A stretch of DNA of 64,000 bases from Octopus sinensis (GCF_006345805.1 NC_042998.1:101556001-101620000), one strand, 5' to 3'; counted from the stretch's first letter, positions 12,056-22,556 are shown. Translations and numbers: made by a program. Notes: generated by a model from the sequence alone, not told the origin.

Positions 12056-12436
12056 AGCCAAGTCGGAACAGATATTTTCACGAGGCATTTCCGACCCTGC
12101 CTCCGCAATATCTGACCTAAAATTTTCAAATCATCGCACTCGCGCCAAATTTATCGGCAGAAAATAAATATAAGCCGCCGATTCCATTACGGAATTAACC
12201 AGAAAATTCATAATTAATCAATATAGGGTGGCAAAAAATTTTGTAGAATTTTTTTGCCACCAGCGGCCTAGTGGGAAAAAATTAAATAGTCATAGACCAT
12301 TTTTAAGTTCAACATCACAATCAAGGAACGGCCATAATAGGCCATTCACCCACTAGAAATAGCAGCCAAAGCTTCAACCGCAAATAAACATCAATTCCGT
12401 AAACCAGGAGAAAATTAAAAAAACATTTACCCTGTA

Positions 12437-12543
12437 ATTTCTTATACGATGCACCGTTTCATCTACTGTTTAATGGTAAACTAACCTGATTAAATTAAAT
12501 CAAGCCAATCTTCCATAGGCCCTTAGATTCATCAGTAAGAAAT
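12437..12543 (-). ncRNA. Type I hammerhead ribozyme motif (unit L2)
   Basis: Same core and stems as L1. Confidence 0.85.
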
Positions 12544-12921
12544 AGCCAAGTCGGAACAGATATTTTCACGAGGCATTTCCGACCCTGCCTCCGCAATATC
12601 TGACCTAAAATTTTCAAATCATCGCACTCGCGCCAAATTATCGGCAGCAAATAAATATAAGCCGCCGATTCCATTACGGAATTAACCAGAAAATTCATAA
12701 TTAATCAATATAGGGTGGCAAAAAATTTTGTAGAATTTTTTTGCCACCAGCGGCCTAGTGGGAAAAATTAAATAGTCATAGACCATTTTTAAGTTCAACA
12801 TCACAATCAAGGAACGGCCATAATAGGCCATTCACCCACTAGAAATAACAGCCAAAGCTTCAACCGCAAATAAACATCAATTCCGTAAACCAGGAGAAAA
12901 TTAAAAAACATTTACCCTGTA

Positions 12922-13028
12922 ATTTCTTATACGATGCACCGTTTCATCTACTGTTTAATGGTAAACTAACCTGATTAAATTAAATCAAGCCAATCTTCCA
13001 TAGGCCCTTAGATTCATCAGTAAGAAAT
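12922..13028 (-). ncRNA. Type I hammerhead ribozyme motif (unit L3)
   Basis: Same core and stems as L1. Confidence 0.85.
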
Positions 13029-13409
13029 AGCCAAGTCGGAACAGATATTTTCACGAGGCATTTCCGACCCTGCCTCGGCAATATCTGACCTAAAATTTTC
13101 AAATCATCGCGCTCGCGCCAAATTTATCGGCAGCAAATAAATATAAGCCGCCGATTCCATTACGGAATTAACCAGAAAATTCATAATTAATCAATATAGG
13201 GTGGCAAAAAATTTTGTAGAATTTTTTTGCCACCAGCGGCCTAGTGGGAAAAAATTTAAATAGTCATAGACCATTTTTAAGTTCAACATCACAATCAAGG
13301 AACGGCCATAATAGGCCATTCACCCACTAGAAATAACAGCCAAAGCTTCAACCGCAAATAAACATCAATTCCGTAAACCAGGAGAAAATTAAAAAACATT
13401 TACCCTGTA

Positions 13410-13516
13410 ATTTCTTATACGATGCACCGTTTCATCTACTGTTTAATGGTAAACTAACCTGATTAAATTAAATCAAGCCAATCTTCCATAGGCCCTTAGA
13501 TTCATCAGTAAGAAAT
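13410..13516 (-). ncRNA. Type I hammerhead ribozyme motif (unit L4)
   Basis: Same core and stems as L1. Confidence 0.85.
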
Positions 13517-13859
13517 AGCCAAGTCGGAACAGATATTTTCACGAGGCATTTCCGACCCTGCCTCGGCAATATCTGACCTAAAATTTTCAAATCATCGCAC
13601 TCGCGCCAAATTTATCGGCAGCAAATAAATATAAGCCGCCGATTCCATTACGAAATTAACCAGAAAATTCATAATTAATCAATATAGGGTGGCAAAAAAT
13701 TTTGTAGAATTTTTTTGCCACCAATTTTTGGAATCGGCGGCTTATATTTATTTGCTGCCGATAAATTTGGCGCGAGTGCGATGATTTGAAAATTTTAGGT
13801 CAGATATTGCCGAGGCAGGATCGGAAATGCCTCGTGAAAATATCTGTTTCGACTTGGCT

Positions 13860-13966
13860 ATTTCTGACTGATGAATCTAAGGGCCTATGGAAGATTGGCT
13901 TGATTTAATTTAATCAGGTTAGTTTACCATTAAACAGTAGATGAAACGGTGCATCGTATAAGAAAT
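13860..13966 (+). ncRNA. Type I hammerhead ribozyme motif (unit R1; stem I mismatch)
   Basis: ATTTCTGA (T>G, breaking the second stem I pair)-CTGATGA at 13868 ... GAAA at 13943 ... GTA ending 13958 - TAAGAAAT. Confidence 0.75.
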
Positions 13967-14399
13967 TACAGGGTAAATGTTTTTTAATTTTCTCCTGGTT
14001 TACGGAATTGATGTTTATTTGCGGTTGAAGCTTTGGCTGTTATTTCTAGTGGGTGAATGGCCTATTATGGCCGTTCCTTGATTGTGATGTTGCACTTAAA
14101 AATGGTCTATGACTATTTAATTTTTTCCCACTAGGCCGCTGGTGGCAAAAAAATTCTACAAAATTTTTTGCCACCCTATATTGATTAATTATGAATTTTC
14201 TGGTTAATTCCGTAATGGAATCGGCGGCTTATATTTATTTGCTGCCGATAAATTTGGCAATTCCGTAATGGAATCGGCGGCTTATATTTATTTGCTGCCG
14301 ATAAATTTGGCGCGAGTGCGATGATTTGAAAATTTTAGGTCAGATATTGCCGAGGCAGGGTCGGAAATGCCTCGTGAAAATATCTGTTCCGACTTGGCT

Positions 14400-14505
14400 A
14401 TTTCTTACTGATGAATCTAAGGGCCTATGGAAGATTGGCTTGATTTAATTTAATCAGGTTAGTTACCATTAAACAGTAGATGAAACGGTGCATCGTATAA
14501 GAAAT
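14400..14505 (+). ncRNA. Type I hammerhead ribozyme motif (unit R2)
   Basis: CTGATGA at 14408, GAAA at 14482, GTA ending 14497; one T is missing in the stem II insert. Confidence 0.85.
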
Positions 14506-14884
14506 TACAGGGTAAATGTTTTTTAATTTTCTCCTGGTTTACGGAATTGATGTTTATTTGCGGTTGAAGCTTTGGCTGTTATTTCTAGTGGGTGAATGGC
14601 CTATTATGGCCGTTCCTTGATTGTGATGTTGAACTAAAAATGGTCTATGACTATTTAATTTTTTCCCACTAGGCCGCTGGTGGCAAAAAAATTCTACAAA
14701 ATTTTTTGCCACCCTATATTGATTAATTATGAATTTTCTGGTTAATTCCGTAATGGAATCGGCGGCTTATATTTATTTGCTGCCGATAAATTTGGCGCGA
14801 GTGCGATGATTTGAAAATTTTAGGTCAGATATTGCCGAGGCAGGGTCGGAAATGCCTCGTGAAAATATCTGTTCCGACTTGGCT

Positions 14885-14991
14885 ATTTCTTACTGATGAA
14901 TCTAAGGGCCTATGGAAGATTGGCTTGATTTAATTTAATCAGGTTAGTTTACCATTAAACAGTAGATGAAACGGTGCATCGTATAAGAAAT
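14885..14991 (+). ncRNA. Type I hammerhead ribozyme motif (unit R3)
   Basis: Stem I ATTTCTTA 14885-92 / TAAGAAAT 14984-91; CTGATGA 14893-99; stem II ATCTA 14900-04 / TAGAT 14963-67; GAAA 14968-71; stem III A-C-G-G/T-C-G-T around a TGCA loop; predicted cleavage after A14983. Confidence 0.87.
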
Positions 14992-15371
14992 TACAGGGTA
15001 AATGTTTTTTAATTTTCTCCTGGTTTACGGAATTGATGTTTATTTGCGGTTGAAGCTTTGGCTGCTATTTCTAGTGGGTGAATGGCCTATTATTGCCGTT
15101 CCTTGATTGTGATGTTGAACTTAAAAATGGTCTATGACTATTTAATTTTTTCCCACTAGGCCGCTGGTGGCAAAAAAATTCTACAAAATTTTTTGCCACC
15201 CTATATTGATTAATTATGAATTTTCTGGTTAATTCCGTAATGGAATCGGCGGCTTATATTTATTTGCTGCCGATAAATTTGGCGCGAGTGCGATGATTTG
15301 AAAATTTTAGGTCAGATATTGCCGAGGCAGGGTCGGAAATGCCTCGTGAAAATATCTGTTCCGACTTGGCT

Positions 15372-15478
15372 ATTTCTTACTGATGAATCTAAGGGCCTAT
15401 GGAAGATTGGCTTGATTTAATTTAATCAGGTTAGTTTACCATTAAACAGTAGATGAAACGGTGCATCGTATAAGAAAT
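15372..15478 (+). ncRNA. Type I hammerhead ribozyme motif (unit R4)
   Basis: CTGATGA at 15380, GAAA at 15455, GTA ending 15470 (487 nt after the R3 site). Confidence 0.87.
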
Positions 15479-15858
15479 TACAGGGTAAATGTTTTTTAAT
15501 TTTCTCCTGGTTTACGGAATTGATGTTTATTTGCGGTTGAAGCTTTGGCTGTTATTTCTAGTGGGTGAATGGCCTATTATGGCCGTTCCTTGATTGTGAT
15601 GTTGAACTTAAAAATGGTCTATGACTATTTAATTTTTTCCCACTAGGCCGCTGGTGGCAAAAAAATTCTACAAAATTTTTTGCCACCCTATATTGATTAA
15701 TTATGAATTTTCTGGTTAATTCCGTAATGGAATCGGCGGCTTATATTTATTTGCTGCCGATAAATTTGGCGCGAGTGCGATGATTTGAAAATTTTAGGTC
15801 AGATATTGCCGAGGCAGGGTCGGAAATGCCTCGTGAAAATATCTGTTCCGACTTGGCT

Positions 15859-15965
15859 ATTTCTTACTGATGAATCTAAGGGCCTATGGAAGATTGGCTT
15901 GATTTAATTTAATCAGGTTAGTTTACCATTAAACAGTAGATGAAACGGTGCATCGTATAAGAAAT
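15859..15965 (+). ncRNA. Type I hammerhead ribozyme motif (unit R5)
   Basis: CTGATGA at 15867, GTA ending 15957 (487 nt after the R4 site). Confidence 0.87.
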
Positions 15966-16088
15966 TACAGGGTAAATGTTTTTTAATTTTCTCCTGGTTT
16001 ACGGAATTGATGTTTATTTGCGGTTGAAGCTTTGGCTGTTATTTCTAGTGGGTGAATGGCCTATTATGGCCGTTCCTTGATTGTGATG

Positions 16089-16368
<280 letters not shown>

Positions 16369-18484
16369 CTTGCGAACGTTGGATTAGTTTACATATACTT
16401 GTGACATATTTAACTGCTACAGGCAAATCCACTACAGTTGCTGTGGAGAAAAACAATCCGTTTTATGGTAAAAGGTGTAAAAGCACCATATCTGCCCAGT
16501 GCTTCAATCTGTCGGTTTCTCAGACATTGATGTTGCTAGTTCTTTAGCCGTTATCAATGGGAAATAATGAGTTATAACTCTTGACACACCTAATCAAAGC
16601 CGTGAATCTAATTAAAATACAATCAACAGCATTGACAGAATCGCGCCAGTACACCGTCATGATTGTAAAATAAAATAAATATATATATATATATATGTAA
16701 ACAAAAATGCTAGTTCTAAAATCTATCTATGTGATCAACGCAACAGTTGTACTGACAAGTAATATTCGGATAGGGCGTTGCAATCACGATCGCTATATCG
16801 TGGTTTCAATTCCTAGAGCGAGTGGTATGTTTTGATATTGAGCAAAACACTTCATCTCAAATTGCTCTGCGATCACTTCGACACCTGACGTGTGCACCTG
16901 TTTAGGTAAAGTCGATTGATGCTTCCACCCTTGTGTCACGTTGATTGTGCTTGAGATACGCATTAGGGACATACACATGTTATAGTATATTCAGTGAAAT
17001 AAAATTACAATTCGCATGTAGGAATTTATATGTTAGAATTACTTAATATTATGCATGTATGCGAATATATTTGCATGTGTTTGAGCCAGTGCGTGTGTGC
17101 GTTTACGTGTGTGCATTTGATCGTGGGTGTATAGTCTATATTTATATTTGCATATTCATGAGTAAATATAATAGAAGCTGTAGTAAGCTTGCTTTGGAAG
17201 TTTAAAAGTTCATGTCCCCAGTTCTGTCTTTCCGTAACAACTTCCTTCTCTCTATTTGTCGATATTAAAATGTAGACATGTAATTTCATTTGGAACTGCT
17301 CCAAACTTTCAGAAGGTGCTGAAATTGTTCAAATTTCTCATATTGTTCTCTGTTTGATTCTATTCTACAACAGATACTTGGTAATATAACATATCTACTA
17401 AATAATTTAGTGATTTACGATATCAACAGTGGCAGAATAGGTATATTTGTTTTTCAATGCGTTAACACATGCAGATTCCTTTGCTATTCTGTGAGACAAA
17501 TAAGACAAAGTGCGTATTGCAATTATATACCTGGTACAATGTCTCAAGTGTTTGCGAGAAAGCATCTATGCTACCATTTCACTTGCTAGAAACAGCCGCT
17601 AAACTATCTCAAATTACTTCTTATCTTATTAAATAAGAGACGACATAGTTAATGTATTCCAAGACACACATAAAAGAAAGATCGTTACAAGGTCTTTGAT
17701 CACAGAACTATTGAATTAATGCTGATGTGGGGTTACACATAATCTACTAACCATTTCCTTAACCAGTTTCGAAAGTTACGGTGAAGGTAGCAGAGGTCAG
17801 ATATGAGGGAAGATTGACTACAATTTCTAGGAATTATTGTAACGAGTAGATGTGTATGTCTGTGCGTGTGTTTGTGTGTACGAGTATGTATAGTTAACAT
17901 AACTAGAAGTTCATATCTGTGGATTGAACAACATACTTCAATCCATAGATTGCCTGCTATTGTCCAAGGACAATAGCGGGCGATCAACGACTCTACTTTT
18001 TCCGGTATGAAATTATATCAAAATCAAAAATAAATTTCATGACAAGCAAACCCCTTGAAATTTAAGATGAAATTAAAAAAAAAAAAAAATGGAAGAACAA
18101 AAAAAAAGTGACGAACCTTATATCCTCAAAACAATACTAAACGGCATGATTATTTTATTCGGCGCGTATTAACAGAATCTAAAGGACCGCTATGTCTTTT
18201 CACCATATACTAAACACGATTCAGTGGCAACTTCACCTCCGTTAGCTGGGACACGCCTCTCCGCACTCACAAGATGATTAAAGCATAGCGTGCAGATATA
18301 TAAATAAAGGATGGGAAGGAAGATGTCCATACACTGCTAGATATCTGGGTCTTTTCTGACAAAAAATTACACAATGTTTTATCCTCTTTCACCTACCGCC
18401 AGTCAAAACCTTGCAATCTTAAAATAAAGCATAGCATCTCATGTTTTACAGTTCTATATTTAAGAGATGAGGAATTATGCAGAT

Positions 18485-18585
18485 TATTCACATTATTTAC
18501 ATTGGACGGATATTCGTCCTCATCTTGTTTCTTGTTAACACACTGTTTCGAATGATATAACCTCCAGCCTTCATCAGGTGTTATG
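18485..18585 (-). mobile_element. Penelope-like repeat fragment with a decayed minimal hammerhead (homologous to 42340-42455)
   Basis: Minus strand AACAC-CTGATGA-A-GGCTG..CATTC-GAAA-CAGTGTGTT. Shares TTATTTAC.TT.GACGGATATT.GT.CTCATC.TGTTT with the 42.3-kb copy. Confidence 0.55.
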
Positions 18586-19422
18586 TTTTATCCGGAGATA
18601 GGAAACGTACGACTTGAAATAGCGTAATATAAAAAGTCAGTGATTTTTTATGTATAAATGAGACTTGTGTGCGCGTGTGTGAACGTGTGTGCGTGAGTAT
18701 GTGTGTGCGTGGGTGCGTGTGTATGTATGTCTGTCTCATGTGTGTGAGAGTGTAGAACATAATCCTCTATCGGGTACTTGGCTAGGTTAATACTTTATCA
18801 AACATTCGTGCCCTAAAGGAGGAAAGTCTTTTAAATCACAAGGATTTGGAGGATATAGGCCATGTAAATGGTATTATCGCTAATAAATAGAGAACTATGT
18901 ACGATAAGTATATTACTAACGCCATACAAACTATACTACGGATAACAACGTTGCACGAAGTCGAAAGCTAGCCTTGCTAAGTATATAAAACATTCAGTGT
19001 AAGAGATTTTCGATTGAAAATCGCTCATTTTCAGCAAATTCAAAACGCTCATTTTCAGCATACTATGTGTAACTTTTATTAGCCAAACAAATAAAATACT
19101 GACATTATACACAAGTTCATTCATTATACCCCTTAATTGTTATCAGAATCGCCCTGCGCGCCTAAGCATTATAACTTGTGTAGAGGTATATACGAAAATC
19201 AAACGGTACCCAACAGAATGACACAACTCGCATTGTACAGTCTCTGTACAAGAGCCAAAATACTGAAATTACCAAAAGAAATCATATCAAGTACTGCAAG
19301 AATGCCGAACTGGTGTAGTATACAAAGAATTTTATATTCCCGAAATACAATACTTCACAAATCTGAAGAATATTTAGACGCACCTAACGATACAGCAGCA
19401 AAATGTATAAAACAACTGAAAG

Positions 19423-19448
19423 TATGACAATGATGATGATGATGATGA

Positions 19449-19527
<79 letters not shown>
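19423..19527. repeat. (GAT)n-(AAT)n microsatellite
   Basis: Directly visible. Confidence 0.95.
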
Positions 19528-19530
<3 letters not shown>

Positions 19531-19830
19531 TCCAGTAGTTGTAGGGGCATTCGGAGCACTAACAACCAAGTTAGAGTTATATGTCAGAGATATCGGAATT
19601 GATATCAGAGAAGGCTAAGCCCACAAAACTGTTGGGCACAGATAGGATATTGAGACCGGTACTTAGATGTTAAATGTCTCCCACAATAATTAACAAGCAA
19701 GTATCAAAGCTTATAATGTGCGGTATGAGACCCTCTGAAACCTCTGACAGCAGGCTGCTGTCTGTTCTCACAGAATCTACCTGGACTAACAAAACCGAAA
19801 GTTTGGAGAAGTAAAACAACAACAACAATA
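19528..19830 (+). mobile_element. Extreme 3' end of an R4/Dong-type element directly after (AAT)n
   Basis: IPVVVGAFGALTTKLELYVRDIGIDIREG and GTDRILRPVLRC*, followed by a UTR-like stretch and an AAC/AAT tract. Confidence 0.65.
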
Positions 19831-19839
19831 ATAATGATA

Positions 19840-19979
19840 GTTTCAAACTTTGGCACCTCACCAGCAATTGCGGGGAATGGGCTACGTCAATTACATCGAC
19901 CCCAGCACTCAACTGGAACTGATTTTATCGACCTCGAAAGGATGAAGGGCAAAGTCGAACTTGTCGGAATTTGAACTCA
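19840..19979 (-). mobile_element. SINE family A, 5'-truncated
   Basis: TTTATCGACCTCGAAAGGATGAAGGGCAAAGTCGA..GGAATTTGAACTCA; abuts a (CCA)n tract. Confidence 0.8.
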
Positions 19980-20188
19980 CCAAAACCACCACCAAAACCA
20001 CCACCAAAACCAACACCACCACCACCACCACCACCACCACCACCAGCTACAACAACAACAGCGATAATAATCTCTTTTACTCTTTTACATGTTTCAGTCA
20101 TTTGATTGCGGCCATGCTGGAGCACCGCATTTAGTCGAGCAACCACAATTGAATTCCGAAATTCAAAGATTCAACGACGTGAATGTCA

Positions 20189-20231
<43 letters not shown>

Positions 20232-21027
20232 GATTTTTTGTACCATAGGACAGGGTGAATTGCTTCTTTTCAAGTCTAAGGTTGCTGGTAGTAGTAAACA
20301 CATTTGACCTCTGCTGATCCAAAGGGTGAGAAGATTCATTTGTCCTTATGGCTGACCTCCTCACCATCTGCCGAATCTATTTACAGACTTGTAGAATTTA
20401 ATCTTTTCACCGAGCTGCTACTCTTCCCCCAACTATTTCCTTCAACAGCCACATATTTCTGCTTATCTCAATTACAAGACAAAAGTTGAAAATAAAGAAC
20501 ATTTAATAAAATATTTTAGTAATAATTGGAAATAGTAATAATGATAATAGCTATAGTATTGGTGGTGATGATGATAATGATAAAAATAATAAAAGATAAT
20601 AATATGCTGCAGCTGCTAATACTACAACTATAACTATTCTGATAGCACATGAATCTGAGGCCTAACTACCACTATTACTACTACCCCACCCTTACTACTG
20701 TTGCTGTTGCTACCACCACTGCTACTAATACACATAAATACAACAATAAAGGCAGTATTTGACAACGGTGATAGAAAACTGAAGAAGAGCCTGTTCAGCG
20801 AAGAAGATCATAAGTGTGCAATGGACTCTCTGGAAAGTCGTTCTGATTGACAGAACATCGCTGAGGAAGGCTAGATAAAATAGTATAATTTTCTATGCAG
20901 CTATCAATGTGAACAGCGCTGGAAATTGGTGACCCCTCTGCCCTGCATTGGACTGTGTAACCCCTGCGTCTGTTAGTATAACAGAGGCAAATAGTAAAAA
21001 ATAAAACAATAATATCAGTGATATCAG

Positions 21028-21038
21028 TGATGAGAATA

Positions 21039-21117
<79 letters not shown>

Positions 21118-21137
21118 TAATAATAATAATAATAATA

Positions 21138-21192
<55 letters not shown>
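21028..21192. repeat. (GAT)n-(AAT)n microsatellite
   Basis: Directly visible. Confidence 0.95.
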
Positions 21193-21194
<2 letters not shown>

Positions 21195-21329
21195 AAGGGA
21201 TCGAATGGAGCCTCCCCGCGTCCTTGTTAATGATACATCTTGTGATGGTCCCACAATAAAAGCACAGTTAATTGCGCAACCTGATAGTCGCTACCTCATA
21301 CGAGTGACAATTATTGTGAATAACAGTGG

Positions 21330-21610
21330 TAATGAAACTGAAGCCATTGATGGTGACAGTGTTGCAGAATCTGTGGACAAAATGGTGAAACCGTAAGGTA
21401 TATTACCAGCCAATGTACGTCACTAGCCCAGAAGGAATATAAGACACGCTACGACAATATAGCCATACTTGCAACAAGTATGGACTTGAGAGAGCAAGAA
21501 GTTGGTGCGACCAAAAACCCGAAGGCATCATCGAATATGATAATGCAAAGATCCTGTGGGATTTTATAATGCAGTACGACCATGAGATAGAGAATGGGAA
21601 GTGAGACATA
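21330..21610 (+). pseudogene. R4/Dong-type CCHC and endonuclease-linker fragment
   Basis: CRICGQNGETV..CTSLAQKEYKTRYDNIA; CNKYGLERARSWCDQKPEGIIEYDNAKILWDFIMQYDHEIE (with frameshifts). Confidence 0.75.
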
Positions 21611-21708
21611 GTCTTAATTGAGAAAGAAAACAAACTAGAGAGAGAGAGAGAGGTCGCTTATATATATTTTATATAGATGTGGATATATGAATTTTATTCA
21701 TACATGTC

Positions 21709-21772
<64 letters not shown>

Positions 21773-22260
21773 CAGAGACAGACAGACAGACAGACAGGGC
21801 AGACAAACAGACAGATAGATAGACAGACAGACGGGGCAGACAGACAGACGGTTAGATAGATAGACAAACAGACAGACAGGCAGGGAGACAGGTAGACATA
21901 CATGCATACATACATACATACAGACAGATAGATAGATAGATAGAAATGCATAGAATACATGTGTATTTGATAAATTTGAATATAGAGCCACTTCTACGGA
22001 GATTTATAACTCTAGACTTTTCTTAGGTCACTTTTTGAGAATGTTATTGTTCGAGTGCCACCAGATTACTTTCTGCTGCATATAAAATATTCAACAGGGC
22101 ACTACATCCATTTGCATTTACAAATAAATGTGATTCTGTATAAATCGTCTTCGAAACCTAAACGCTCTATCAGAAACAACCAGCTTCGAAGTAATAATAA
22201 TGGTTTCAAATCTTGGTATAAGGCCAGCAATATTCAGGGGAAGAGATAAATCAATTACAT

Positions 22261-22556
22261 TGAGCACTCTACAGACACGTGTAACCTCAACGTAGTTCTA
22301 GGGGAGATTCAGCGTGACACAGAGTGTTACAGGGCTGGTCATTTGAAATACAAGTACAACAGAAACAGGAAGAAAGTGTGAGAGAATGTTGTGGTGAAAG
22401 AGAACAACAGGTCTCGTCAGCACCTCCTAACGGAACCTAGCGTAGCTTTAGGTGTTTTCCAGCAATAAACACTCACAAAGCCCGGCTTCGGAATCGAAAT
22501 CGTGACCCTAACACGGTGAGTCCGCTGACCTAACCACTATGCCATTGCGCCTCCAC
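22261..22556 (-). mobile_element. SINE family C (tRNA-like head)
   Basis: Minus strand GTGGAGGCGCAATGGCATAGTGGTTAGG..GATTTCGATTCCG (A and B boxes). Same head as 43660-44088. Confidence 0.8.

Larger units (their letters stand above)
11726..13722 (-). repeat. Left arm of the ~487-bp hammerhead-containing tandem array (4 full units plus 49 bp)
   Basis: Unit marker ATTAATCAATATAGGGTGGC at 11726, 12213, 12700, 13186 and 13674 (periods 487, 487, 486, 488). Units are near-identical. Confidence 0.97.
13730..16088 (+). repeat. Right (inverted) arm of the ~487-bp hammerhead-containing tandem array (3 full and 2 partial units)
   Basis: The reverse-complement marker ends at 14189, 14727, 15214 and 15701. 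One unit has a 53-bp internal duplication (14206-14311). The arm ends at TTGTGATG 16088, followed by (TA)n. Confidence 0.97.

Noticed and set aside
12495-12698. 67-aa ORF within the tandem array
   Set aside because: It appears in only one of nine units because of a 1-bp deletion (CCAAATTATC versus CCAAATTTATC); it has no recognisable domain.
14826-14880. HDV-like ribozyme reading of the pseudoknot module
   Set aside because: On neither strand is there a P3/L3 hairpin before the P1 3' strand or a local P4 with the catalytic C; the helix order does not fit.
11726-16088. Array as CRISPR, 5S/snRNA gene cluster, or pol III unit
   Set aside because: There are no unique spacers and no match by eye to 5S, U1-U6 or tRNA. 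There is only a loose A-box-like TGGCGCGAGTG with no B box, and several internal T4+ runs would terminate pol III.
17374-17440. Candidate small exon (pyrimidine tract-CAG ... AG|GTAT; ILGNITYLLNNLVIYDINSGRI)
   Set aside because: Splice-like signals of this quality arise by chance in AT-rich DNA; there is no recognisable peptide or partner exon. RNA-seq would be needed.
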